Shown here one piece after another: positions 5,406 through 15,880 of a stretch of DNA of 26,694 nt. How positions within the stretch are numbered: position 1 is the first letter of the stretch; the number at the start of each line of letters is the position of its first letter. Position numbers and translations under genes: made by a program. This stretch comes from Patescibacteria group bacterium. GTDB lineage: Bacteria; Patescibacteriota; Minisyncoccia; UBA6257; HR35. The notes beneath the pieces are model-generated. The model saw only the letters and a list, made by a program, of their open reading frames with translations. It had not been told where the DNA came from and searched no databases. The stretch covers positions 1 to 26,694 of the forward strand of contig JAMCWY010000013.1 in the NCBI GenBank assembly GCA_023480925.1, read 5' to 3'.

Positions 5406-5449
5406 CTAATTTAGTTTGCGAGAGGTTGAGAATCTCGCGAATTTTTAAG

Positions 5450-5809
5450 ATGGTTCAGACAAAAGAAGAAATTTTAATTGACGCGAAAAATAAAGTCCTG
5501 GGCCGGTTAGCAACCGAGGTAGCGAGATATTTACAAGGCAAGCATCGCCGCGATTACGACCCGGCGATTGATTTTCCTGTCGAGGTCAATTTAAAAAATT
5601 ACGACCAAATTGTTTTTACCGGTCGGAAGCTTGACCAAAAATTTTTTTATCACCATACCGGTTATCTCGGCCACTTGAAAGAGTATCGGCTTAAAAATGT
5701 TTGGCGAGTGCAGCCATTGAAAGTGATTCAAAGGGCCGTCGGCGGGATGCTGCCAAAAAATCGTTTGCGTCAGCGGCGGCTCAAAAGAATTAAATTGGTC
5801 AAAGAATAA
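5450..5809 (+). CDS. rplM: 50S ribosomal protein L13
   Basis: VLGRLATEVARYLQGKHRRDYDP...GGMLPKN is typical of L13. I prefer ATG 5450 over the TTG at 5426 used in the ORF track. Confidence 0.9.
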   Translation: MVQTKEEILIDAKNKVLGRLATEVARYLQGKHRRDYDPAIDFPVEVNLKNYDQIVFTGRKLDQKFFYHHTGYLGHLKEYRLKNVWRVQPLKVIQRAVGGMLPKNRLRQRRLKRIKLVKE

Positions 5810-5838
5810 TTTTGTTAAAATCAAAGTCTTATTTTGAA

Positions 5839-6495
5839 ATGAGCGAACTTGATAATCAAAATCAATCAGAAGAGGCGGTTAAGGTTGAGGGGAAAAAAGT
5901 TGAAGCCGAATTTAAAGAAGAAAAAATCGATCCGGTTGAAATTAAAACTGAACCGGAAATTGAAGTTAACCAAAAAGAAGCTAAGGAAGAAGTTGAAGTG
6001 AAGGATCGGACTATTTCGGCCAAAATTGAGCCGGCCGATGAAAACGACGAGGCGAAAGAAAAATTTGAAGAAGTTGAAGTGGTTGAAATCGGCAAAAACA
6101 AATATGTTGAAGGTATTGGCCGAAGGAAAGAATCAATCGCTCGAGTTCGTCTTTGGGATAATTCGGTTAAAGAGGTTATGAATATTTATGTTAACGACCG
6201 AAAGTATACTGATTATTTTCCGAGTTTGGATTTGCAGAAAAGTGTTGACGCGCCTTTGCGAAAACTTAGAATTATCCAAGGTTATAGGGTGACGGTCAAA
6301 ACTAATGGCGGCGGTTTACGCGGCCAGGCGGACGCGATTAAACTTGGTTTGGCCCGGGCCTTGGTCAAACTTAATGGCGACTGGCGTGTCAGATTGAAAA
6401 AAGCTTTATTTTTAAGACGAGATCCAAGGCGGGTGGAAAGAAAAAAATATGGTCTAAAAAAAGCAAGACGAGCGCCGCAATGGAGCAAACGATAA
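5839..6495 (+). CDS. rpsI: 30S ribosomal protein S9 with an acidic N-terminal extension of about 88 aa
   Basis: The C-terminal 130 aa are canonical S9 (GIGRRKESIARVRL...GGGLRGQADAIKLGLARAL...RRDPRRVERKKYGLKKARRAPQWSKR). The start is ATG 5839, with TTG 5812 as an alternative. Confidence 0.88.
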   Translation: MSELDNQNQSEEAVKVEGKKVEAEFKEEKIDPVEIKTEPEIEVNQKEAKEEVEVKDRTISAKIEPADENDEAKEKFEEVEVVEIGKNKYVEGIGRRKESIARVRLWDNSVKEVMNIYVNDRKYTDYFPSLDLQKSVDAPLRKLRIIQGYRVTVKTNGGGLRGQADAIKLGLARALVKLNGDWRVRLKKALFLRRDPRRVERKKYGLKKARRAPQWSKR

Positions 6496-7577
6496 AAAAC
6501 TGGGATCGAGGTCTGATCACGATTATCTTAATCTTGACTTTGGCCGGTTCACTTTTTTTTTATGACGCTTCGATCATTCCGTCAATTCAGATTTACAATA
6601 ATCCCCATCATTATTTTTACGATTTTTTGCTGAAAAATGTTTTAACCGGATTATTGATTTTTTTCTTGTTTTCGTTTGTGAGTTGGCGTTGGTTAAAAAA
6701 AAACTCTAATTATTTTTTAGCTTTGATTATAATAATGATGTTGTTGTCGTTTTTGTCGATTTTCCACTTGCCTGGTCAAGCGAGCGCGCGTTGGTTTCAT
6801 TTGGGTGTTTTTAATCTTCAGCCATCGGAATTCTTAAAATTTTTTTTGATCTTGTTTTTTTCTTTTTTTTATATTTCGCTCGGCCGACAATTAAAAAAAC
6901 GTTCTGAACGAGTTTGGGTTGCCGTTGCGATCTTGGCCGTCATTTCTTTAATCGTTTTTCTTCAACCTGCCTTGAGCAACCTTTTGATTCTTTGGGCGGG
7001 CGTTATCGCCGGCATCATTTCTCTTCGGCCTTCTTGGCGCGACCTTATGCCTTTTTTTGTTTTAATTTTGATTTTTGTCGTTGTTGGAATTTCATTTTGG
7101 GGTTATCGTTTAGCTCGGTTAAAAGCGAAATTTTTTAGCCATAATTCAACCAGCTCGGCCATCAATTTTCAACAGCGTCAGACCGAATTGGCGATTGGTT
7201 CGGGCGGTTTATTTGGCAAAGGTTTGGCCGGTTCTCAAATTAAGTTAATCGGGATTCCATTAATGTTGACCGATTCAATTTTTGCCGTTTACGCCGAAGA
7301 ATTTGGATTCGTTGGTTCAATCTTAATGATCGGAGCGTTCTTGTACTTAATCGGTCGGATTTTTTATCGGGGTTTAAACGTCACTTCCGATGAAAAAAAA
7401 TTTTTTGCTTTTGGTATCGGCGCCTGGCTTTCGATTCAAATTTTTATCCATATCGCTTCGAACTCCGGTCTCTTAGCCGCGACCGGCGTCCCCCTGCCTT
7501 TTTTTAGCGACGGCGCTTCGAGTCAGATCGCGATCATGATGGCCTTGGGCGTTATTAATAATTTAGAAAAATCATAA
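6480..7577 (+). CDS. ftsW: SEDS-family peptidoglycan glycosyltransferase (FtsW/RodA)
   Basis: It is a 365-aa polytopic protein with the family C-terminal block (TDSIFAVYAEEFGFVG...GVPLPFFSDGASS). It overlaps the rpsI 3' end by 16 nt. Confidence 0.8.
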   Translation: MEQTIKNWDRGLITIILILTLAGSLFFYDASIIPSIQIYNNPHHYFYDFLLKNVLTGLLIFFLFSFVSWRWLKKNSNYFLALIIIMMLLSFLSIFHLPGQASARWFHLGVFNLQPSEFLKFFLILFFSFFYISLGRQLKKRSERVWVAVAILAVISLIVFLQPALSNLLILWAGVIAGIISLRPSWRDLMPFFVLILIFVVVGISFWGYRLARLKAKFFSHNSTSSAINFQQRQTELAIGSGGLFGKGLAGSQIKLIGIPLMLTDSIFAVYAEEFGFVGSILMIGAFLYLIGRIFYRGLNVTSDEKKFFAFGIGAWLSIQIFIHIASNSGLLAATGVPLPFFSDGASSQIAIMMALGVINNLEKS

Positions 7578-10097
7578 ATGGTTAATTTTGGCAAAAGTTT
7601 TTTCAAAAAAGATAAATTAACAGAACGGCGCGTCTTGGTTGAGCAGATTAACGATCGAGAAGAAGAGTTGGAAAAATTAAACGACGATCTTTTGCGATTA
7701 AAGTTTTCCGATTTAAAAAAACAATACGAACAGAACCAAGACTTAAACGAAATTTTAGTTGATGTTTTCGCTTTAGTCAGAGAAGCTTCGCGCCGGACGT
7801 TAGGCCAGCGTCACTTCGACGTTCAGCTTATCGGCGGTATTGGTTTACATTCGGGTATGGTTGTGGAAATGGTCACGGGTGAAGGTAAAACTTTGGTCGC
7901 GACCCTGCCGGCGGTTTTGAATGCGATCGCCGGAAAAGTTCATATCGTCACAGTTAATGATTACCTGGCTAAGCGTGACGCCGTTTGGATGGGACAAATT
8001 TATAATTTTTTTGGCCTAAAAGTGGCCTGTTTGGCCCATGAGAGCAGTTTTATTTACGATCCTAATTACGCGCCCAAAAAGGAAGAAAAAGAAGTTGATC
8101 AGTTTGGTTCATTCAAGGTTTTCTACGATTTTCTCCGACCCGTCAATCGTTTCGAAGCTTATCGGGCCGATATTATTTACGCGACTAATTACGAAATTGG
8201 TTTTGACTATCTTCGGGATCATTTGGCTTTGAGTTTGGACCAAGTTGTTCAAACTTTTGATCGGACGAGCGGATTTGATTACGCCATTATCGACGAGGTT
8301 GACAGTATTTTGATTGATGAGTCGAGAACGCCGCTGATTATTTCCGGTTACGAAGAAAGTCAAACGCCGGTTTATTATTTTTACGATCGCTTGGCCAAAA
8401 AAATGATCGAAGACGAAGATTTTACGATTGATCAAAAACGCCGGGCGGTTTATTTAACCGAAGCCGGACAGAATTTAGTTGAAAAAGAAATTGGTTATAA
8501 CCCTTATCAGATCGAAGACTTAAAATCAATTCATCATCTTGAAGAAGCTTTGCGGGCGAATTATCTTTTCAAACGTGACAAGGATTACATTATTAAAGAT
8601 AATCAAGTCGTGATCGTGGACGAGTTTACCGGCCGGTTGATGTTTGGCCGACGCTGGTCCGGCAGTCTCCATCAGGCGGTTGAGGCGAAAGAGGGGACGC
8701 CAATTCAGCCTGAGTCAAAAACAGTCGCCGAGATAACGATTCAAAATCTTTTTCGCAAGTATAAAAAATTGGCCGGGATGACGGGGACAGCCTTGACCTC
8801 GGCCGAAGAATTTTACAAAGTTTATCAGCTTGAAACAACGGCAATTCCCACAAATAAACCAAATCAGCGAATCGATCGGATTGATAATATTTATCTTTCC
8901 GAAGAAGTTAAGTGGCAAGCGGTTGTGGAAAAAGTTCGTCAACTTCAAAATCAAGGCCGGCCGGTTTTAATCGGTACGACCTCGATTCAAAGAAACGAAT
9001 TTCTCTCGCGAGAATTAAAAAAAGCCGGTGTCAACCACTCGGTCTTAAACGCTAAAAACAATGAAGAAGAAGGTCAGGTTATCGCTCAAGCCGGCCGGTT
9101 TGGCGTTGTCACAGTCGCGACCAATATGGCTGGCCGGGGCGTTGACATTATTCTTGGTGGCAATCCTTCCGATCCGGCCGAGGCGGAAAAGATTCGAACG
9201 GCGGGCGGATTATTTGTTTTAGGCACGGACCGGCACGAGTCGAGAAGGATTGATAACCAGTTGCGTGGCCGAACCGGCCGACAGGGCGATCCGGGCGAGA
9301 CGCAGTTTTTTATCTCTCTTGACGATGAAGTGATTAAAATTTTCGGCGGCGAAAGAATCAAACATCTGGTCGAACGATTCAACTTTCCCAAGGACGAACC
9401 GATTAACAATTCTTTGATTTCAAAAGTGATCGAAGAAGCTCAAGCCAAGGTCGAGGGTTTGAACTTTGATTTGAGAAAGCATCTTCTTGATTACGACAAT
9501 GTCGTTAACGCCCAGCGGGAAAAAATTTATCAAGACCGACAGGAAATTTTATTCGAAAAAATTAATTTTGATGATTTCATTAAAGAAGCTTTCGCTAATT
9601 TTCTTGGCGAAGATCAAGATTTAATCAACTTCTCTTTGAAAATTAAACCGGTTCAAAACGATCAAAACGAGTCTGAATTGGTTGATCAAATCAGTTCGGT
9701 CGAAGCGGATCGAAACCCGGGGTCTGATCATGATCAAGAGAAGAAAGTTTTTCAAGAAAAATTGGAACAGCTCAAATCGGCGCTTAAGGATCAGTGGCCG
9801 GCTTATTTGAAACTTTTAATTCTGCGCGTCTACGATTATCTTTGGTCCGAACATTTAAGCTATATTTCCGATCTAAAAGAAAGCGTGGGTTGGCGTGGCT
9901 ACGGCCAACGCGATCCTTTAGTTGAGTTTAAAAAAGAGGCATTAGTTAGCTTTGACAATTTCCATCGGCTCTTGCGAATCAATTTGATCCAGTCATTTTT
10001 TCAAAGCGAAATAAAAGTTGAGGCGTCTAAGATTGGACGAAACGACCCTTGTCCCTGCGGCAGCGGCAAGAAATACAAAAAGTGTCATGGGAATTAA
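7578..10097 (+). CDS. secA: Preprotein translocase ATPase SecA
   Basis: MVTGEGKTLVATLP, DEVDSILIDESRTPLIISG, TNMAGRGVDI, and the C-terminal zinc motif CPCGSGKKYKKCHG. Confidence 0.95.
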   Translation: MVNFGKSFFKKDKLTERRVLVEQINDREEELEKLNDDLLRLKFSDLKKQYEQNQDLNEILVDVFALVREASRRTLGQRHFDVQLIGGIGLHSGMVVEMVTGEGKTLVATLPAVLNAIAGKVHIVTVNDYLAKRDAVWMGQIYNFFGLKVACLAHESSFIYDPNYAPKKEEKEVDQFGSFKVFYDFLRPVNRFEAYRADIIYATNYEIGFDYLRDHLALSLDQVVQTFDRTSGFDYAIIDEVDSILIDESRTPLIISGYEESQTPVYYFYDRLAKKMIEDEDFTIDQKRRAVYLTEAGQNLVEKEIGYNPYQIEDLKSIHHLEEALRANYLFKRDKDYIIKDNQVVIVDEFTGRLMFGRRWSGSLHQAVEAKEGTPIQPESKTVAEITIQNLFRKYKKLAGMTGTALTSAEEFYKVYQLETTAIPTNKPNQRIDRIDNIYLSEEVKWQAVVEKVRQLQNQGRPVLIGTTSIQRNEFLSRELKKAGVNHSVLNAKNNEEEGQVIAQAGRFGVVTVATNMAGRGVDIILGGNPSDPAEAEKIRTAGGLFVLGTDRHESRRIDNQLRGRTGRQGDPGETQFFISLDDEVIKIFGGERIKHLVERFNFPKDEPINNSLISKVIEEAQAKVEGLNFDLRKHLLDYDNVVNAQREKIYQDRQEILFEKINFDDFIKEAFANFLGEDQDLINFSLKIKPVQNDQNESELVDQISSVEADRNPGSDHDQEKKVFQEKLEQLKSALKDQWPAYLKLLILRVYDYLWSEHLSYISDLKESVGWRGYGQRDPLVEFKKEALVSFDNFHRLLRINLIQSFFQSEIKVEASKIGRNDPCPCGSGKKYKKCHGN

Positions 10098-10292
10098 CCA
10101 CTCAAAATATTAGCAAAAATACGAAAAACTACCATCTAAAGCTTTAAAGTGCCACGGAACGAGTGAGTAAAAACTGTTTTAAATAGGTTAATTTTCAATT
10201 TATTTAACTTTTAGTGATGATGCTATTTTTCTTAAAATAATAGGTTAAAATAAAAATGCTGGTGTTTATCCAGCTTTACATATATTTTAGGC

Positions 10293-10318
10293 CATACCAT
10301 ATATTTTTATATGGTATG
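10293..10318. promoter_or_regulatory. Perfect 11-4-11 palindrome, CATACCATATA-TTTT-TATATGGTATG
   Basis: I read it directly from the sequence. It overlaps a possible TTTACA (10275-10280)-N18-ATATAT promoter upstream of polX. It has no flanking T-run, so it is not terminator-like. Confidence 0.45.
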
Positions 10319-10324
10319 ATTCTC

Positions 10325-10386
10325 AAAAGATCATCGCCAAAGCGGTTTTTTAAAAACAAAAAATTTGCTTAGCGCGATGATCTTTT
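10325..10386. repeat. Long inverted repeat with 13-bp perfect arms and a 36-nt partly self-complementary centre
   Basis: AAAAGATCATCGC at 10325-10337 pairs with GCGATGATCTTTT at 10374-10386. It ends 24 nt before the polX ATG. Confidence 0.6.
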
Positions 10387-10410
10387 AATTTGTTTTAAAA
10401 TTTATTAAGA

Positions 10411-12135
10411 ATGAAAAATAGGGAAGTGGCTCGGTTGTTTCGAATGATTGCTTTGTATTTGGAAATGAAAGGTGAGCTTTTGAACCAGCAGGCTTATATC
10501 CGGGCGGCTGATTCGATTGAAATATTAAGCGGTGATATCGAAGATTTTGTTAAAGAAAAAGGTTTGGTTGGTTTGGAAACATTGCCAGGTATTGGTCAAT
10601 CAATTGCTAATAAGATAATCGAATTTCTGAGGACGGGCAAAATCAGAGAGTTGGAGAAATTAAAAAAAGAAATACCGGTTGAGGTTGATCAGTTAAGTCA
10701 GATTGAAGGTTTGGGTCCGAAGACAATTTTTAAATTTTACAAAAAACTCGGCGTTCGAACTGTCGCTGATCTGGCTCGATTGATCAAAAAAGGCGAATTG
10801 AGAAATCTTGAAGGCTTTGGTTTAAAGAGCGAAGAAAATATCGCCGAGGCTTTAAATTTTTATCAAAAACAAATCGGTCGACTCAATCTCGACCAAATCC
10901 AACCAGTCGCGAATGAGTTGATCCAATATTTAAAAAGCAAAAAAGAAATCAAGGCGGTCGAGATCGTCGGTTCATATCGTCGCCGCCAAGAGACGATTGG
11001 CGATTTGGATATTTTGGTGGTTTCAAAAAATCCCGATCAAGCCGAAACCGATCTGGTTAAATTTCCCCAGGTCGGCCATATTTACGCTCAGGGGCCGGCT
11101 AAGACAATGGTCAGGTTAAAGACTAGTGTCGACGTTGATTTAAGGTCGTTTAAACGCGAAAGTTTTGGCGCGGCCTTGCTTTACTTCACTGGTTCAAAAG
11201 CTCACAATATTAAGTTGCGAAAAATCGCGATTAAAAAGGGTTTGAAATTAAACGAGTATGGTCTTTTCCGGGCGAAAAAAATTATCGCTGGCCGAACCGA
11301 GGCTGAAATTTACCGAAAGTTGGGTTTAAAGTTTATCCCGCCGGAGTTGAGAGAAGATCAAGGCGAGATTGAGCTGGCCCAGAAAAATCGTCTGCCCGAT
11401 TTGGTTGAATTTAATTCGATCAAAGGCGATTTACAAGTTCAAACTGATTGGACCGATGGCCGGAATTCGATCGAAGCGATGGTCGAGGCGGCGATTAAGA
11501 ATGGTCTTAGCTATATCGCTATTACTGATCATACTCAATCGTTGGCGATGACGGGCGGAGCGGACGAAAAAAAATTACTAAAGCAGATGGCTTATATTGA
11601 CAAACTTAATCGTCGGCTCGGCGCCAAGTTCAAAATTCTAAAGGGCGCCGAGGTTAATATTTTAAAAGACGGTCAGTTTGACATTAAAGCGGAAGTTTTG
11701 GCGAAACTTGATTTTGTTGGCGCGGCCATCCATTCTTATTTTAATTTAAGCAAGGAAGATCAGACTAAGAGAATTATTCGGGCCATGACCGATCCTAATC
11801 TTGATTGTATTTTTCATCTGACCGGTCGAATCATCAACAAGCGGCCGCCGATCAATTTTGATTTTGAAAAAGTTTTAACCGAAGCAAAAAAAACAAAAAC
11901 AATTTTAGAAATTAACGCTCAGCCGGGTCGTTTAGATTTAAACGACGAAATGATCAGACGGGCGGTTAAAGCCGAAGTCAAGATGATAATTGATTCCGAC
12001 GCCCACTCAATTTTCGACTACCAATATTTGAATTTGGGCGTCGCTCAAGCTCGTCGCGGTTGGGCGGGGAAAGACGACATTCTTAATATCTTGCCGCCGC
12101 CGCAGTTTCTAAAAAAAGCGGTAAAAAATAAATAA
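10411..12135 (+). CDS. polX: Family X DNA polymerase with C-terminal PHP phosphoesterase domain (PolX)
   Basis: It has HhH motifs, the pol-beta nucleotidyltransferase motif GSYRRRQETIGDLDILV, and PHP motifs (QTDWTDG, ITDHT, IDSDAH). Confidence 0.88.
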   Translation: MKNREVARLFRMIALYLEMKGELLNQQAYIRAADSIEILSGDIEDFVKEKGLVGLETLPGIGQSIANKIIEFLRTGKIRELEKLKKEIPVEVDQLSQIEGLGPKTIFKFYKKLGVRTVADLARLIKKGELRNLEGFGLKSEENIAEALNFYQKQIGRLNLDQIQPVANELIQYLKSKKEIKAVEIVGSYRRRQETIGDLDILVVSKNPDQAETDLVKFPQVGHIYAQGPAKTMVRLKTSVDVDLRSFKRESFGAALLYFTGSKAHNIKLRKIAIKKGLKLNEYGLFRAKKIIAGRTEAEIYRKLGLKFIPPELREDQGEIELAQKNRLPDLVEFNSIKGDLQVQTDWTDGRNSIEAMVEAAIKNGLSYIAITDHTQSLAMTGGADEKKLLKQMAYIDKLNRRLGAKFKILKGAEVNILKDGQFDIKAEVLAKLDFVGAAIHSYFNLSKEDQTKRIIRAMTDPNLDCIFHLTGRIINKRPPINFDFEKVLTEAKKTKTILEINAQPGRLDLNDEMIRRAVKAEVKMIIDSDAHSIFDYQYLNLGVAQARRGWAGKDDILNILPPPQFLKKAVKNK

Positions 12136-12166
12136 AATTTACTCCGGAACAAGAATAAAATTTTTC

Positions 12167-12195
12167 TTGACTTTAATTTTTAGCTGTGATATAAT
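12167..12195 (+). promoter_or_regulatory. Consensus promoter TTGACT-N17-TATAAT of the groES-groEL operon
   Basis: TTGACT at 12167-12172, a 17-nt spacer, and TATAAT at 12190-12195. Confidence 0.7.
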
Positions 12196-12221
12196 TAGCA
12201 CCTTAGGATTAAGGGTGCTAA
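12195..12221 (+). promoter_or_regulatory. CIRCE element (HrcA operator)
   Basis: TTAGCACCT-N9-GGGTGCTAA matches the consensus TTAGCACTC-N9-GAGTGCTAA. It abuts the -10 box and sits upstream of groES. Confidence 0.85.
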
Positions 12222-12270
12222 TTATATTAAAACCCGGGCGGCGGAGTGTTCGCCTTGGTTGAAATTTAGA

Positions 12271-12564
12271 ATGAAGTTAAAACCGATGAATGACTATCTC
12301 TTGGTCGAGCCGGATTTAGAAGAAGAAATAACCAAGGGCGGTATTTATATTCCGGAAACGGCCAAAGAAGAAAGAGCGACTCGCGGCAAGATTATTGCCG
12401 TTGGTCCGGGCAAGCTTAATGATCAAGGCAAGCGGGTCGAGTTAAAAATTCAAATTGGCCAAAAAGTTATTTTTAAAAAATACGCTCCCGACGAAGTCAA
12501 AGTCGATGATAAAGAATTTTATTTTATCCGCGAAGACGATGTTTTAGCGGTTATCGAAGATTAA
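12271..12564 (+). CDS. groES: Co-chaperonin GroES
   Basis: MKLKPMNDYLLVEP...GGIYIPETAKE...GKIIAVGPG. An alternative TTG start lies at 12259. Confidence 0.92.
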   Translation: MKLKPMNDYLLVEPDLEEEITKGGIYIPETAKEERATRGKIIAVGPGKLNDQGKRVELKIQIGQKVIFKKYAPDEVKVDDKEFYFIREDDVLAVIED

Positions 12565-12595
12565 TTAATTTAATCGCGAATGGTCGGTTAGATGA

Positions 12596-14272
<1,677 letters not shown>

Positions 14273-14295
14273 CCAATTAAACCGGTTTGATCATG

Positions 14296-14324
14296 AAAAG
14301 TCTCGCTTTTCGGGCGAGACTTTT
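14296..14324. terminator. Bidirectional rho-independent terminator between groEL and rnc
   Basis: AAAAGTCTCGC-TTTTCGG-GCGAGACTTTT forms an 11-bp stem flanked by A and T runs. Confidence 0.75.
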
Positions 14325-15019
14325 CATTTGATTATTTTTTTCCAAGTTTGCTCGGTTAAAATTTTAAGCGCGGCTTTTTCTTCCGCTTCTTGTTTGCTTT
14401 CGCCTTCGGCTTTACTTAAGAGTTGATTTTTGTAAAAAACGCCGGCTTTGAATTTTTTTTGGTGAGCCGGACCGGATTCTTCAATAATTTGGTAAATTGG
14501 TTTATCTTCAAATTTTTCTTGAAAAATTTCCTGAAGCGTGCTTTTTGGATCTTTATAAAGTCCGGTCTCGATGATTTTGCTTAAGTCGATTAAAAAGTTC
14601 GTCTCGATAAATTCTTTGGCTTTTTCCAGACCTTGGTCGATGAAAAACACGCCGGCGATCGCTTCAAGACTGTTGCCGAGAACGGTTTTTAAACCCTTAT
14701 CTTTGACATTTTTGCCGACCAAGACAAAATTAGCCAAACCAAGATTTTCGGCGATAGCGCTAAGATGATCGCGGCTGACGAGTTCGGATCGAATTAAGGT
14801 TAAATCGCCTTCTTCTTTGTCTTGATAGTGTTGCCAAAGGTACCAAGAAATAACCAGTTCGATGACTGCGTCGCCAAAAAATTCTAATCTTTCGTTGTGC
14901 CGGAGGTTTTTATCCGGATGAAAAAATAACCAAGATTTATGAGTTAAGGCTTCGAGCCAAAGATTTTTGTTTTTTATTTTAATTTGAAATTTTTCTTCTA
15001 ATTTTTCAAACTTAATCAT
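14324..15019 (-). CDS. rnc: Ribonuclease III
   Basis: The signature ERLEFFGDAV, NSLEAIAGVFFID, and a C-terminal dsRBD (KDPKSTLQE...GPAHQKKF...GESKQEAEEKAA). Confidence 0.92.
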   Translation of the reverse strand: MIKFEKLEEKFQIKIKNKNLWLEALTHKSWLFFHPDKNLRHNERLEFFGDAVIELVISWYLWQHYQDKEEGDLTLIRSELVSRDHLSAIAENLGLANFVLVGKNVKDKGLKTVLGNSLEAIAGVFFIDQGLEKAKEFIETNFLIDLSKIIETGLYKDPKSTLQEIFQEKFEDKPIYQIIEESGPAHQKKFKAGVFYKNQLLSKAEGESKQEAEEKAALKILTEQTWKKIIK

Positions 15020-15020
15020 T

Positions 15021-15464
15021 TTACTTTTGTTGGTTCCGGGTGTTTTTTAGAACTTCTTCGTAAACTGAACCAAGAACGCCATTGATAAATTTGGCCGCGC
15101 CATCGGTCGAAAAATTTTTTGCCAACTCAATCGCTTCGTTGATGGCGACTTTGGGCGGAACTTCCTTCGGATTTTGGAAGAAAAGTTCGTAAACGGCCAA
15201 ACGAAGAATATTTTTTTCGAGCAGAGACATATTTTCGATTGCGATCGAACGCGTGTGTTGTTTGATCTTATCGTCGATAAATTCAATATTTTCAACGATG
15301 CCTTGAACGAGTTTTTGAGCGAATTGAGGTTCGTCAATATCTTGACCGAACTCGTCCAGGTTGCGTTTCGTGATTTCAATCCACTTCTCCGGCTGATTTT
15401 GCCAAAAGCTCCATTCGTAAAGAGTTTGGAGAGCAATAATGCGGCAGAGGTATCTTGTTGCCAT
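15021..15464 (-). CDS. nusB: Transcription antitermination factor NusB
   Basis: It is 147 aa with a NusB-like pattern (R..ALQ.LY........LRLAVYEL......P.KV.INEAIELAK.F). The stop lies 1 nt before the rnc start. Confidence 0.8.
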   Translation of the reverse strand: MATRYLCRIIALQTLYEWSFWQNQPEKWIEITKRNLDEFGQDIDEPQFAQKLVQGIVENIEFIDDKIKQHTRSIAIENMSLLEKNILRLAVYELFFQNPKEVPPKVAINEAIELAKNFSTDGAAKFINGVLGSVYEEVLKNTRNQQK

Positions 15465-15508
15465 TAGAAATTTAGTTTTTTGATTTCCGTTAGAGTCTTT
15501 CTATTTTG

Positions 15509-15709
15509 CTATTTTTTTGGTTTTTTATTTTTATCCTTTTTGATTATGATCGGTTTGCCTTTTTTAAATCCGCAATCGGGACAAACGCGGTGGGTTAGAA
15601 TTAGAGCTTGGCAATTAGGACACTTGACCAAGTTTTTCTTTTTTAAAACCAAATGAGCCTTGCGCCGACGAGATCTTGACCGGGAAGGGTGCTTAGATGG
15701 TTCTGCCAT
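15509..15709 (-). CDS. rpmF: 50S ribosomal protein L32 (zinc-ribbon form)
   Basis: PSKHPSRSRSRRRKAH followed by CPNC...CPDC. Confidence 0.88.
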   Translation of the reverse strand: MAEPSKHPSRSRSRRRKAHLVLKKKNLVKCPNCQALILTHRVCPDCGFKKGKPIIIKKDKNKKPKK

Positions 15710-15880
15710 TTTTCTCTTTTAAATCCGTTCTAAAATTTTATCGTTTTTAAACTCGATTACTTCGTCTTTAATTTTGTTTTTATAAATTTATTATAACATA
15801 ATTTTTATCTTTGCCTTATTGGTCCGATCGGCGGTTAATCAAGTTGTTTCCAGGGCTTTTTTCGGTTAAAATAAATTAAA

